Shown here: positions 10,379 through 21,229 of the stretch, one piece after another | Layout of the letters: each line of letters starts with the position of its first letter | Position numbering within the stretch: position 1 is the stretch's first letter | IMG/VR virus record: IMGVR_UViG_3300037322_000284 | DNA length: 64,000 bases | Source of the DNA: an uncultured virus (IMG/VR IMGVR_UViG_3300037322_000284) | Lineage: Duplodnaviria; Heunggongvirae; Uroviricota; Caudoviricetes | Reading direction: 5' to 3' (one strand) | Made by a program: the position numbers and the translations under genes | The notes under the pieces: generated by a model | The model's input: the letters and a program-made list of their open reading frames with translations, nothing else | Databases searched by the model: none | What the model was told of the DNA's origin: nothing

Positions 10379-11362
10379 TTAAAATACTTCTCTCCTCACT
10401 TGTGGATTTTCATCAATTAAGGCTTGAATTGCTTTATATTGTCTTGAATCTGTTTTTAAACAGAATAGTGCTGCATCTTGTAGAGTTAGTCCTAAAAATT
10501 CTCCACCCTCTGTTACAAATCCTCTTTTATCTTTTTTAATCTTTCTTAAAGAGAATAGCTTTTTGATGACATGGAAAAACTCCATTTTTGTTTGTCCAGC
10601 CTCTGTTTCATACTCACCGCATGCATCTAAGAATCTTTCTGAAAAATCAACTCCTGTACCTTTATCATTAATTATTTCAAAGTACATTAATTTAAGATCA
10701 TCTGCTTTTACTTTTGTAGTATCTTCTCTACCAACAAATTGTAAAACTAAATCTAACTTATCTTTATCCGTAGTAGCTAATATTGAAAGTTTTTCAATCG
10801 CTGAAAGTCTTAGTTTAGTACGCTCTTTATTTTTAGTTTTAACTAGTAAAGGATTAGATATTGTAAATTGAGCTCCACTTCTATAAAATGGATTTCTTTC
10901 ATTCTTTTCACAAGCCACACCTTGAATTATAATTTGAAAAAGCTCAAATAATTGTTGTGGGTCACTTGTGTCAAATTCTTTATTCACATAAGCCTCATAT
11001 CTATATTCTTTCCAAAAATCATTATTAGCTGAGGGTTCTAACTTTACATTTCTAAGATCTTCAAAAGGTGTTAGTATTTGCCTTTTATATGCACTTACCC
11101 ACTCTGCTTTCTCCTCATCTTTGTAATTATTTAAGCAATTTGAGCCCTCATAAAAACCTGTATCATATAAATTTTTTACGTTGTCAAAATAAACGCAGTC
11201 CATAACACCACTTCCTGTAAAAGGGAATTTTGTGGCTTCTATTTTTTTTAATGCGTCTGGTGCTGTTCCGTCAAGTTTATGGTCTAAAGTATATTTCTGA
11301 CCAATTTCGATTTGAGAATTACCAATTTTAAGTATCTTTAATTCTTTCTTTTGTATTGCCAT
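10379..11362 (-). CDS. Conserved-position protein downstream of MCP
   Basis: 327 aa ORF; synteny only. Confidence 0.55.
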   Translation of the reverse strand: MAIQKKELKILKIGNSQIEIGQKYTLDHKLDGTAPDALKKIEATKFPFTGSGVMDCVYFDNVKNLYDTGFYEGSNCLNNYKDEEKAEWVSAYKRQILTPFEDLRNVKLEPSANNDFWKEYRYEAYVNKEFDTSDPQQLFELFQIIIQGVACEKNERNPFYRSGAQFTISNPLLVKTKNKERTKLRLSAIEKLSILATTDKDKLDLVLQFVGREDTTKVKADDLKLMYFEIINDKGTGVDFSERFLDACGEYETEAGQTKMEFFHVIKKLFSLRKIKKDKRGFVTEGGEFLGLTLQDAALFCLKTDSRQYKAIQALIDENPQVRREVF

Positions 11363-11435
11363 TATTCTTTTTCTTTTGGTTAATTTTGGAATTTGTATCC
11401 TCCGCTTTGGACAGAGGACACTTCCCTTTTATTTA

Positions 11436-13160
11436 TTATCTGATACCAGACATTCTATTTTTTAATTCAATCATTACAAATTTACTTGGGTCTGGCATCC
11501 ACATTGCTCCAAATCCGTAGATAAAGAATCCTTCTGCCATTAACTTACTAGAGGCTACAACGTCAGAAGCTCTTTTAGAACTGTATCTACCATTCTCTCT
11601 ACCCCAAACAATTGGATTTCTTTCAGGACGTACTAAGTACATATTACTTGACGCTTGCATTTCACCACCAAGTGATTTTGTACCTTCAGGTAAAATTGAA
11701 TTAGATGAAAATCTTTTGTCGGTTACATCCCAAACATACCCTGAATAAGTTGTGTGATCTTTACCACCTGGATTAATTCCTCTTACTCTTACGTCAGTGT
11801 ATCCGTCTAGGTGGTCTAAAGTTCTGTCTTCTGTTGCCATTAAGTTACCTACTCCTGGAATATAAGCTTTTGCAAATTTAACTGGTGCTACAACTAAAGC
11901 GTCTAAAGATCCTGTAACAGGGTTTACAGGTAATATTCTATCGGAACCTAGTAACGGTGCAAGATTAATAATTTGTGCTTGTGCATGTTTAGCAATAATT
12001 GATTGGATGTTATCATACAATTCAGAACCTGCTTCAATATTTAAGAATGTATCTTCAACTCTTGAATCATTATACATGTAAACATAGTTTCTAACTTGAG
12101 CTGCATCTGTTTCTGTAAATCCACCTTTTCTGTTGTAAGTAAAGATTTTTCCACGTCTCATTTGTTGCCAAGCTCCTTCATTAAATTCTATAACTCCTTT
12201 TGAAGTTGAAACTTTAGCGGCAGGCATAAACATTAATGAACTATTAAATCTCTCATTAAATGAACGGATTGTCAAAAGTTCTAAGATATCTGCTGCTGTT
12301 GTGATGCTTCCGCCTGACATTTTTTGAGCACTTACAATAGCTAAATTAGTATCTGAAATACCTGCTGCTTGCAACTCTGATAAATAAGCTTGAGTGTCTG
12401 CTGTTGTATAGCCAGAATTCAATTTTAATGAGTCTGCTTTTCCTGTAAACCAGTGTTCTGCTCCTTGTCCACTACCTAGCTTAAATTCACATTCCATGTA
12501 GTTTGTAGCGTCTGGTAAATGTGGAATACCTAATTTTTCAGAGTATTCTGTAATCATACTGTTCGAAGCTACTTGGTAAACAACATCTGATTTTAAGTAG
12601 TGTACTGGGTAAGCTAAGTTTTTATCATTTTCAGAACCAACTAACGATACATAATGCTCATAACCACTACCAATGTAAGTTGGTTCTGGGCTTTCTGCTA
12701 CCATTAAAAACATTCCAAATGCTTTATCTACTGTAAGTGTTTGAAAAGGTGATAGTTTTTTATTTAAAACTATTCGGAAACTAGTTCCATCAACACCTGC
12801 ATATCCTTCAGGAGATTGGTCAGAGGTATCTTCTACAGTTCTAAAGCAGTTATCTGTTTCGATAGCCATTTTATACTTAAATCCTCCGTCTTGTCCGTTA
12901 ACTGTCAATACAGCATTTGAACCTACTACTTTTTTGTAAAGAGAACTTGAAAATGAAGTTTTCTTCATTACTTGTTCGTCCCACTTGTTTTGTAACATAA
13001 TCATGTTACGCATAGGATCTAGTTCCACAAAAGAGGATAGTAAGATACTTGAATCTAAAAATCCTTGTTGGGCTTGTATCATATGCTCTCCTCTAACGGG
13101 TGCCACACTCATGCTTGAAATAGCAGCTCCGTTGATAGCTAAATTTTGATTTGAAATCAT
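11436..13160 (-). CDS. Major capsid protein (crAss-like)
   Basis: 574 aa; TerL-portal-scaffold-MCP order; C-terminal GAMWMPDPSKFVMIE typical of HK97-fold crAss-like MCPs. Confidence 0.8.
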   Translation of the reverse strand: MISNQNLAINGAAISSMSVAPVRGEHMIQAQQGFLDSSILLSSFVELDPMRNMIMLQNKWDEQVMKKTSFSSSLYKKVVGSNAVLTVNGQDGGFKYKMAIETDNCFRTVEDTSDQSPEGYAGVDGTSFRIVLNKKLSPFQTLTVDKAFGMFLMVAESPEPTYIGSGYEHYVSLVGSENDKNLAYPVHYLKSDVVYQVASNSMITEYSEKLGIPHLPDATNYMECEFKLGSGQGAEHWFTGKADSLKLNSGYTTADTQAYLSELQAAGISDTNLAIVSAQKMSGGSITTAADILELLTIRSFNERFNSSLMFMPAAKVSTSKGVIEFNEGAWQQMRRGKIFTYNRKGGFTETDAAQVRNYVYMYNDSRVEDTFLNIEAGSELYDNIQSIIAKHAQAQIINLAPLLGSDRILPVNPVTGSLDALVVAPVKFAKAYIPGVGNLMATEDRTLDHLDGYTDVRVRGINPGGKDHTTYSGYVWDVTDKRFSSNSILPEGTKSLGGEMQASSNMYLVRPERNPIVWGRENGRYSSKRASDVVASSKLMAEGFFIYGFGAMWMPDPSKFVMIELKNRMSGIR

Positions 13161-13169
13161 CTGCGTTGT

Positions 13170-14276
13170 TTATTTATTTGTATTTAGTATTTCTTGTGTA
13201 TATTCTTCTAAAGATGAGCTACTTAATTTAGGAGCTCTAGTTTTATTCAAGTTCAACGTTAATAGTGGTTTAACTTTACCTTCTAACTTAGCTTCTAATA
13301 CTTTTTTAGAGCTTATAAACTTTTTAAAACTGTCTGGGTTATTTAAGAAGTAATTTAATTCGGCAAACTTTTTTGGGTCTTTTACCGCCTCAAAATATAA
13401 TTTATCCGTGTTGGATATTTTATCTTCGTCTAATTTAGTTGCGTTGTCAACTAATTGTTTTTGAATGTTATCTGGTATATTCCATTCTTTATAAGTAGAG
13501 CTTAAATTCTTTCTTAGCTCCTTAATGTTTTGTTTTTCTGCTTCAACACTTTCTAATTGACCAATTCTCTTAGCTTCTATAGCATCATTGTGTATGCTTA
13601 AATGTTGATCTAAAATGGTGTTGGCTTGGTTTTCTAGTTCTCCATCTTCAACTAAAGCTGCAATTTGAGCTTGAATCACTTTTGGTTTTAAACCTCTTTG
13701 TTGTAAATCGTGTCCAACAATATTTATTTGTACTTGTTCGTCGTCAATATTAGTTTTAAGTTGAGTCAGTTGATCTATTGCAGTTACATTCTCTCTAATT
13801 AATTCTTGAATGTCTCCCCCTGATCTTCTTATTTCAATAAGCTTTTTAGTGGTTTCATCTAATCCATCAACAGATACGTACTTTTCTTTTTTCTGTTTCT
13901 CTTTCTCCTCTTTCCAACCTTCCAAAATCTGCTTGTAGCCTTCTTCTGTTAAGTCTGCGATTTGATCTAAGTAAACATCTTCCTCATCTACTGTAATTGT
14001 AAAATTATCTATAAAGCCGTCATCTATTAAAGACTTTAACCTTTTACTATAATCAGAAGAAACTTTTGGTTTTTCCTCTTCTTTTGGTAGTTCCTGTTTA
14101 GGCGGTGTTGGTAAAACTTGTGCGTTATCTATAACTTCTAAATCTGTTTTTACATCCTCCTGCTTTACTTCTGCTGGAGTTTGTGTTAGATTGTAATCGT
14201 TAAATATTTGAGCTACTAAATCAGAAGAAACTACTTCTGCTGTTGTGTTTGTGTTTTCCATTTTTTCTTGGTACAA
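13170..14276 (-). CDS. Putative capsid scaffold protein
   Basis: Acidic, coiled-coil-rich 368 aa ORF between portal and MCP; own promoter at ~14271-14304. Confidence 0.6.
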   Translation of the reverse strand: MYQEKMENTNTTAEVVSSDLVAQIFNDYNLTQTPAEVKQEDVKTDLEVIDNAQVLPTPPKQELPKEEEKPKVSSDYSKRLKSLIDDGFIDNFTITVDEEDVYLDQIADLTEEGYKQILEGWKEEKEKQKKEKYVSVDGLDETTKKLIEIRRSGGDIQELIRENVTAIDQLTQLKTNIDDEQVQINIVGHDLQQRGLKPKVIQAQIAALVEDGELENQANTILDQHLSIHNDAIEAKRIGQLESVEAEKQNIKELRKNLSSTYKEWNIPDNIQKQLVDNATKLDEDKISNTDKLYFEAVKDPKKFAELNYFLNNPDSFKKFISSKKVLEAKLEGKVKPLLTLNLNKTRAPKLSSSSLEEYTQEILNTNK

Positions 14277-14362
14277 AATTATTATTTTATTCTTTTATGT
14301 GCAATTGTGTTAAAGTCGTTGTAGTGTTTGACAAAAATTTTTGTCAATTACATTTTTTGTTT

Positions 14363-17152
14363 TTAGTTTTTATTTGTAGTTGCTATTTGTAAATCAATTT
14401 GTTTCATTGCACCTCTTTGTTCTATCTCCTGTCTCTTAATTTTTAACTTCTCTGATTCTATTCTCTTACTTGTATCATCCATATCCATCTTTCTAGATAT
14501 TTCTTCTTGTTTCATTTGCATGTCAGCTATGTGTACTTCTCTTTTAAAGTTTGTTTCATAAGCCTTTGTTATGTCAGCTATGTTATCCTCTTTAGTTGAT
14601 GCGGTATCTCTTCCTATAGCTGTTAAATACGCTTCTTTATACTGCCACTCTCCTTTTATGTTAGCTAACTCTACCTCATGTGCTTGTAGATCTTCTCTAC
14701 CTTCTCTAACAGACTCTAATTGTTTAGTTAATTGACTATCTTCAAATTCTCTTTGTTGTTGTTGATTTGCTTGAGTTCTTGCTCGCATGTCTCTTCCATA
14801 TTGTCTTAAATTTAAAACTATAGGATTTGTAAATATATCTACTAAGTCTCCAAAATCTTTTTGTATGGTGTTGTCATTTAATAACATTTGTTGAAGTCCT
14901 TTCACAACCGCCCTATCTTTAGAAGTAGATGCAGGCATAACCGAAATTCTTCTTAAAGGAAAGTAGTCAGGATCTTCAGCTAATATGTCTATAAAGTTAT
15001 TTGTCCCATCACTATTCTTAACCATTCTATTCGAGGACTTCCCATTAACTTCACACTGTTGTGCAATAGCTATATGCAACTCATTAGACTTAGATTTTGA
15101 AGTATTAAACTCGTCAATAATATTTGACATTAAAGCATAACTTGCTGTTGCTTGTTGACTTACCCCTTCTGCTGTTTCGTACTTTGTGGGGGAGCCTATC
15201 ATTTGAGGCGTGATACCTACTTGTTGAAAACCTTGCTGTTTGAAATATTCAGCCATTTGTTGCCTGTACTGAACTTGTGATGCAAAAACAACTTCGTTTC
15301 TTTGGAATATATTTGGATAGACAGAGCTACCTTGTATGTTACTTCTTGATGGATCAAGTGGTAATAACTTGGTTGATTTAATTGTATTCATTATAGAAAA
15401 TAAAGCTTCCTCAGTTGTTTCGTCTTTATATTCTGCGGGCAGTGTATTTATATCTATTGAGTAGAATGTACCTGGTTCATCTGCTAAAAGTTCGCCAATT
15501 TGATTCAAACAGATGTTATGCAACTGTTGATACGGAAATGCTTTTGTTATTGCTGACTTTCCAATAAGCCCTCCTACAGGGTGTTTTACTTGGTAAATAT
15601 TGCTATCTCCTGGAATTTGTTGTTCTAATGGATCACCCCCTAAAATTAAATCTTCATCCATTATTATGGAATTATTAGATTTGATTACAACCATGTAACG
15701 TGAATGTGGTTTATAGTGCCATGTTAAAGTATTCACATGTTCCACTAAAGTATCCTCTTTTAAAGACTTTTGTAGTTCTTGTAAAGATATTGTTTTCTTA
15801 ACTTTAATTTCGTTTTCCTTAATAAACTCCTTCATTAAGTCTTCCGTAACTGTTTCTACATCTATAGCTCCAACTTCATTTTCGTATATTAAAACTCCGA
15901 ATTTTTCCATTGAAGTCCAGTAAACCTCCATAACTTCTACAGTTGCATTACTAACTTGTATATCACTTCTCAGCTCTTGGCTAAATCCTCTACCTGTAGC
16001 ATTAAAATCTGTACCTGCTCTTGGCATCCAATCGTTTACAACTGTGCCGTCTTCTTGTTTGGTGTATCCTATTGGTGCTCCTAAAGCACTTTCCATTTGT
16101 AAATTTAAATTGTGATCTAAATAATTATGGAAGGGCATTATTAAATTCTCTGCAAAAGGTGCAACACCACCTGCTCCGAAAGGCGTTATTCCAGATTTAT
16201 ATTCAGAACCTTGTCCCCAAAAATCTCCAATTTTTTCTTGTTGCTTTTGATTCATCATATAGCCGTACTTAGATAGAGTATCACTAACTGACATCTCTGT
16301 AAGTCTACCTATAAATTCTGCATCTTGTGGGTATTTAGTATTTGAGTATTCTGAAAAGAAAACTTCTTCTACTTGCCAATCTTCTATGTCGTAGTAATCA
16401 TATCCAACTCTGTAGTGTCTAAACCACCTACCTGTTAAAATATAATCAACAAGACTGTTTTTATCAGCTTCCTCTAAATGAAACTTTTCTTTATCTGCCG
16501 TTAGTACATTACTAGCCCACTCTGTTGCAATAATCTTAAAATTCTTCGATAAATCTTTCTCAATTTGTTCAGGTGTTAAGCTTTTTACTTCTGCATCTAA
16601 TTGCGCCAAATATTGTTGTTTCTCTTCTTCCGATTGAAACTCTTGTTGGTTGGGGTTTATACCCCTCATTATAAGAAGCTTGTCTATACTCCGTTTGAAT
16701 ATAGCTTTAGCGTATTGATTTAACCTCTCAGTCTTTTCTCGGATAAAATCGTTTGTGTAATATTCATCAATTGATTGTACTCTATACTGACTATCCATTT
16801 CTCCAAAAACACTTTTTATAGCATTGGAAATAATACCAAGAAAATCAAAGTGTTTTAGATGTGTTGGAGCACCTACATCAGAGGTTAAAGTTTTATAAGC
16901 TTGAGTTGCTTCGTTTGTACTTAAAGTACTCTCTATGTCTACAGAGCGATATACAAACTCTCCCTCTGTCATTTTTCTTATATCAGAAAACACAGAATTT
17001 CTTCTTCTTTGTCTAGTTGCTTCAAAGTATAGAAAATCCGCATTAGCTTGCAACCAAGCGGGGGTCTTCTTACTTTTTGGAAGTGTCTGTACAGGAAGCA
17101 TCCTTTGTGTGGCACCTCCATTGATTTTATTTAGTACGTTATATTCTTGCAA
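14363..17152 (-). CDS. Portal protein
   Basis: 929 aa; N-terminal 'QTLPKSKKT..W', FPYQQLHNI, GITPQMIG, C-terminal coiled coil; follows TerL. Confidence 0.85.
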   Translation of the reverse strand: MQEYNVLNKINGGATQRMLPVQTLPKSKKTPAWLQANADFLYFEATRQRRRNSVFSDIRKMTEGEFVYRSVDIESTLSTNEATQAYKTLTSDVGAPTHLKHFDFLGIISNAIKSVFGEMDSQYRVQSIDEYYTNDFIREKTERLNQYAKAIFKRSIDKLLIMRGINPNQQEFQSEEEKQQYLAQLDAEVKSLTPEQIEKDLSKNFKIIATEWASNVLTADKEKFHLEEADKNSLVDYILTGRWFRHYRVGYDYYDIEDWQVEEVFFSEYSNTKYPQDAEFIGRLTEMSVSDTLSKYGYMMNQKQQEKIGDFWGQGSEYKSGITPFGAGGVAPFAENLIMPFHNYLDHNLNLQMESALGAPIGYTKQEDGTVVNDWMPRAGTDFNATGRGFSQELRSDIQVSNATVEVMEVYWTSMEKFGVLIYENEVGAIDVETVTEDLMKEFIKENEIKVKKTISLQELQKSLKEDTLVEHVNTLTWHYKPHSRYMVVIKSNNSIIMDEDLILGGDPLEQQIPGDSNIYQVKHPVGGLIGKSAITKAFPYQQLHNICLNQIGELLADEPGTFYSIDINTLPAEYKDETTEEALFSIMNTIKSTKLLPLDPSRSNIQGSSVYPNIFQRNEVVFASQVQYRQQMAEYFKQQGFQQVGITPQMIGSPTKYETAEGVSQQATASYALMSNIIDEFNTSKSKSNELHIAIAQQCEVNGKSSNRMVKNSDGTNNFIDILAEDPDYFPLRRISVMPASTSKDRAVVKGLQQMLLNDNTIQKDFGDLVDIFTNPIVLNLRQYGRDMRARTQANQQQQREFEDSQLTKQLESVREGREDLQAHEVELANIKGEWQYKEAYLTAIGRDTASTKEDNIADITKAYETNFKREVHIADMQMKQEEISRKMDMDDTSKRIESEKLKIKRQEIEQRGAMKQIDLQIATTNKN

Positions 17153-17225
17153 AATAGTTTTCTTTTAATTTGCAAATTTAAAATTTTTATTATATATGTG
17201 CAAATCTGTTAAATTGGTTGTAAGA

Positions 17226-19880
17226 TTATCTCCTTTTTTGAAAGAAAGATCTCCTATTATTTTGTGTAAAGAATTGTAGTTTTTTCTCAGTTTTTACTAC
17301 TTCTGGTTCGTGTTTTTTTTCTTGTTTCCTTTTATAATTTTCTGGTATCCAGAATTGTGCGTGTCTTAAATAGTGGGCATAACCGTAGCATCCCATTGCA
17401 CTAGTTATACGATCCACATTTAAATTGTCTGACCAGTTAATAATTTCCTCAAGTAGTCCTAGGTCATCAATTAACTGTACACCTTTCATAAGTTTGATGC
17501 TCCCATCTTCTTGTTCTATTTCATGTACTTCATTACACTCTTCAACAAATAGGTCAAAAAGAAACTTTTTAGATGTCGTTGGATTCCATCCAGTTTTTCT
17601 TTTATTGTTATTTGGGATATTAAAACTTGAAGAAAAATCTAAGCTAGGTGCTAAATATTTATCTGCTAGTTGTCGTCTTTCTAAAAAGTCTTTTATCCCA
17701 TAGTTAAAGTTTTCCCCAAAACAAGTTGTTTCTAAGTTGTAAGCTTCCATTAGTAGTTGCCACTTCTCCCAAACAGTTGAGTGATTTTCTGGTCTAAATG
17801 ATATTGAAGCCACAATTCTCTTTGAAAATATATCTCCTAACACTTCATTCTTTTTAACATAGAATGTAGAGACAGAAGATGTTGCAGCATCATCAGATGC
17901 ATAATCATCAAAACCAGCAGTGTACATACCCCAAGGTGGTTTTGTTTCTGGTATATCCTCAAATATGAGAAATGGTGCGTCTATTATCCCACCTCTATGT
18001 GGAAACGGAGCTAATTCTTTATTGGATTTATTTGCTCTTATTTTTCCTTCACTGTCTCTAAACACATCCATCCTCCTATCCCATAAACCTGTTTCTAGTA
18101 AGTAAGCCTTGTGTGCCTTTGCTTCATTTACTGGGAATCTGTTTCTTGTTCCAGATTGTGTTATCTCTGATGGCTTCAGTGGTGCGTATATAGTTGTCTT
18201 GTGTAACTTTATCTTATCTTTAGATACCGCTTCTCTCTCTGCTCGTATTTTTTCGTTGGCTTTTTCCCAATCAGTTACTTTGATTTTTATTTTCCTAAGA
18301 GACTCACTTTCAGGTTTTCCTAAATAGTCTGCTAATGTGCTTTCCACTTTAGGCATATCCACCCTGCATTGACCTGGAATAAATGTACCAAAAGGTTTTA
18401 ATTTATCTTCTTCCCAAGTTATCTGTTCTGGAGCTATACCTCTCTCAAGTATATCCCATCTCATTGGTAATATTTCATAGGTTTCAGGGTCTAGTAGTGC
18501 TTTTATACCGTCAGATGATAACTCTTCTGTTCCTGCTGTTCCTGTTAACATTCCGAAACATCGTATTGTTCCGTCATCCCCTACCATTGCGGGTATTACC
18601 CCTTCTAAAGATTCTAAAAAAGTACTTTTTAAACATTCATCATAAACTAAAACATCGGGGGTAAAACCAGCAAATATTTCTTTATTGTTCCCTGAATCTG
18701 TATTTATAATATTTAAAGTTGATAATAATATTGTTTTATTTCCTTTAGTTTTAATACCTAATTCAACTTTTTTATCCCAGTCATTGGTTACATTATACAC
18801 TTTAAATGCAGGATTTTTATTCAGGTTATCTAGTTTAAAGTTTTTAGCTAATTGTCCTAAATCTTTTGCGGATGCCCCTGCGCAAAGTAATGTTTCTTTA
18901 CCTATCGTGGCGGAATAGCCAAGTAGACTAGCCTCCCCTGTACTTTTTGCAACACGACGGCTTGCCCCAACGAATAGAAATTTTATACTTTCCATTTCTT
19001 GTATCGCCCTATTTTCAAACAACATCCAATCACTATCTCTAAGTGGAGGATTCATTTTAAAATCTTTTGAAACATATTTTTTTTGAACCTCGTTCCATAC
19101 CTTTCTTGGAATAGAGGCTACAAAAATGTTCATGTGATAGTAAGCCCACCCCGATATATATACTCCGTCTATTTCAATTCCATTTTCGAGTTTTTTAAAT
19201 TCGTCCACATAAAATTGTAGTGTCTCTTTTGTTTGCTCAAAATAGTGTAGATTTATATCCCATTTAGGTACATTATCCATGTATATTAACATCTCGTTAT
19301 TTGGAGGTGTCGTAAAATCTATCTCTTTATACTCTAACTCTTTCAGTATTACTTCTGAATATTCAGGGAGCTCTATAAGAATTTTATGCATTGATAGAGG
19401 TGCTTTTGCATCTGACAAAAATTCAACAGTATTTAAATTTTCATCCCCAAACTTAATATCCAGAGATTCTACAGCATCGTCAATAGCATTGTACTTTTTT
19501 TGAAGAGTGTTATGGAAATCCATCTCCTCTAATTTTAAATCGTTTGTGGATATTTCGTCTAAAGAAAAACCGTTAATATAAGTATCAATTCTGTCCATGT
19601 GGGTGTTGATAACTTTATTAACGTGCGCCACATACTTTTTAAATTGTGGCAGTCTGTGATGTTGGTTTGCTTTTTTGGAAAAAAATTTTAATCGGTCTAT
19701 AAGAATAAGTACAGATTGGTCTTGCACCATAAACTCTTCTTTCTTTGGGTTTATTACTTTTCCGTTCTCTAATATTGTTATTTTACCAAGAATTGTCCAA
19801 TCATTATCTTTAATATATTTTTCGGTCTTTAAAAGTGTACTAATATACTTTTTAATATATTCCTCTACATATTGGCTCAT
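17226..19880 (-). CDS. terL: Terminase large subunit
   Basis: YISGWAYYHMN, ASRRVAKS Walker A-like, VLVYDE Walker B, GTAG coupling motif, AGFDDY and NVDRI nuclease acidic residues. Confidence 0.9.
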   Translation of the reverse strand: MSQYVEEYIKKYISTLLKTEKYIKDNDWTILGKITILENGKVINPKKEEFMVQDQSVLILIDRLKFFSKKANQHHRLPQFKKYVAHVNKVINTHMDRIDTYINGFSLDEISTNDLKLEEMDFHNTLQKKYNAIDDAVESLDIKFGDENLNTVEFLSDAKAPLSMHKILIELPEYSEVILKELEYKEIDFTTPPNNEMLIYMDNVPKWDINLHYFEQTKETLQFYVDEFKKLENGIEIDGVYISGWAYYHMNIFVASIPRKVWNEVQKKYVSKDFKMNPPLRDSDWMLFENRAIQEMESIKFLFVGASRRVAKSTGEASLLGYSATIGKETLLCAGASAKDLGQLAKNFKLDNLNKNPAFKVYNVTNDWDKKVELGIKTKGNKTILLSTLNIINTDSGNNKEIFAGFTPDVLVYDECLKSTFLESLEGVIPAMVGDDGTIRCFGMLTGTAGTEELSSDGIKALLDPETYEILPMRWDILERGIAPEQITWEEDKLKPFGTFIPGQCRVDMPKVESTLADYLGKPESESLRKIKIKVTDWEKANEKIRAEREAVSKDKIKLHKTTIYAPLKPSEITQSGTRNRFPVNEAKAHKAYLLETGLWDRRMDVFRDSEGKIRANKSNKELAPFPHRGGIIDAPFLIFEDIPETKPPWGMYTAGFDDYASDDAATSSVSTFYVKKNEVLGDIFSKRIVASISFRPENHSTVWEKWQLLMEAYNLETTCFGENFNYGIKDFLERRQLADKYLAPSLDFSSSFNIPNNNKRKTGWNPTTSKKFLFDLFVEECNEVHEIEQEDGSIKLMKGVQLIDDLGLLEEIINWSDNLNVDRITSAMGCYGYAHYLRHAQFWIPENYKRKQEKKHEPEVVKTEKKLQFFTQNNRRSFFQKRR

Positions 19881-19882
19881 AT

Positions 19883-21055
19883 TTATGTTATTTGTTTTAT
19901 TGGTAATTTCCTATTGTAACACTCTTGATTACCTGAAAACTTTAATTTTGGGACATACTTATACTCCCTATTCTCTATTTTTAAATCTTCCTCTTTTTTT
20001 GAAGCTTTTCTTCCATCATCAAACACAAAACATTTAATAATTTTATAATTGTAAGGTATTACGCTTTTATTAGGAAACCTATTCTTAATTGTTGTGAAAG
20101 TCTTCCCTATTTTGTAAAACTCTTCTTCATCGTTCCAACACTTTATCAAATAAACTTTAAAACTGTCAAAGTTTTTAGATTTTTCAGCACCTTTTATCCA
20201 ATCACTATATTTCCAACCAGTGTTACTTTCTAAAACTCGTAAATCACCACACTTCTTACACCCACTTCCACTTAAGTGTATATTTGGTTTTTGTTTGAAA
20301 ATACCGTGGTTATCTATTTTACACTCTATCTCTACTTCACTATTACTTTTTACGTAAATTGTTTGAGAGTAGTCATAAAAGTTGCTATGTATTTTATTAG
20401 CTTTTTCAATAAATTGATCGTTTGTCATAATTCTACTCTGAGACTTTAACGCATTTCCACAAGATGGGCATCCACTACCTTTTAAGAAATTATTTACATC
20501 TTTAGTAAAATCACCATGTATTCTACATGTAACTGTTATTTTTGTTTTTGAATCAGTATATAAGGTTTTACTGTAATCATATCTATCTCCGTGTTTATCT
20601 ATAAATTTTTGTAATTGTATAGAGTGGTCTTTTTTTAGATTGTTTCTCCTAACTATTTCTCCGCATTCAGAGCAACCACATGTTCTTAAGTGTACTTCAG
20701 GTGTAATATTAATTTCACCATGTGTTTTACATGAAATTTTTACCTTAGTAAATTTATTGATAAAAACAACACTAGAATAGTCATATTTATCTTTGTGTTT
20801 TAATATAGACTTATTTAAAAAATCAAAATATGTTAATGAATTACATATCCCAGTCTTTTTACTTCCGCATTTTCTACATCCTCTACCACTTAAATGTGAA
20901 TTTGGAGTTTGCTCAAATCTATGTTTTAATTTATTACAGGTTATAAACACTTTATCCGAATCCTTTACATAAACCACTTCACTATAATCGTACTTATCCC
21001 CATGTATGGCTGTTGCGTCTCTTATGAATTCCTCTCGTGTTTTCTTCTTTCCCAT
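19883..21055 (-). CDS. Homing endonuclease-like protein: four zinc-ribbon repeats plus GIY-YIG-like C-terminal domain
   Basis: Repeats of H(G)DKYDYS..CxxH(G).F...GCxxC; C-term VYLIKC..FYKIGKT. The ATG at 21076 lies inside the mini-IS end, so 21055 (MGKKK) is the likelier start. Confidence 0.75.
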   Translation of the reverse strand: MGKKKTREEFIRDATAIHGDKYDYSEVVYVKDSDKVFITCNKLKHRFEQTPNSHLSGRGCRKCGSKKTGICNSLTYFDFLNKSILKHKDKYDYSSVVFINKFTKVKISCKTHGEINITPEVHLRTCGCSECGEIVRRNNLKKDHSIQLQKFIDKHGDRYDYSKTLYTDSKTKITVTCRIHGDFTKDVNNFLKGSGCPSCGNALKSQSRIMTNDQFIEKANKIHSNFYDYSQTIYVKSNSEVEIECKIDNHGIFKQKPNIHLSGSGCKKCGDLRVLESNTGWKYSDWIKGAEKSKNFDSFKVYLIKCWNDEEEFYKIGKTFTTIKNRFPNKSVIPYNYKIIKCFVFDDGRKASKKEEDLKIENREYKYVPKLKFSGNQECYNRKLPIKQIT

Positions 21056-21069
21056 ATTAATTATATTTT

Positions 21070-21211
21070 TTGACATACTCCCACAGCTAAAGCAAGTGAG
21101 ATTCTTGAAAACGCTTAAACTATTGCCTTACGTTACCTCCAAAGGAAGATGCCCCTTCCAAATACCTGTTCGTTTAAAGCCCCAAGTGATAGGGTGTTCT
21201 TGAACGAGGTC
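21070..21211 (-). mobile_element. Non-autonomous mini-derivative of the tnpB element (partial left end fused to right end/omegaRNA scaffold)
   Basis: Reverse complement reads cctcgttcaagaacaccctatcacttggggcttta (=27755-27789) joined to aacaggtatttggaaggggcatc...gggagtatgtcaa (~29068-29168, few substitutions). Confidence 0.92.
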
Positions 21212-21229
21212 ATAAAACAACAAAAGAGG

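Noticed and set aside
17226..19880. Intein or intron in terL
   Set aside because: No C/S...HN splice motifs or LAGLIDADG blocks; ATPase and nuclease motifs are contiguous
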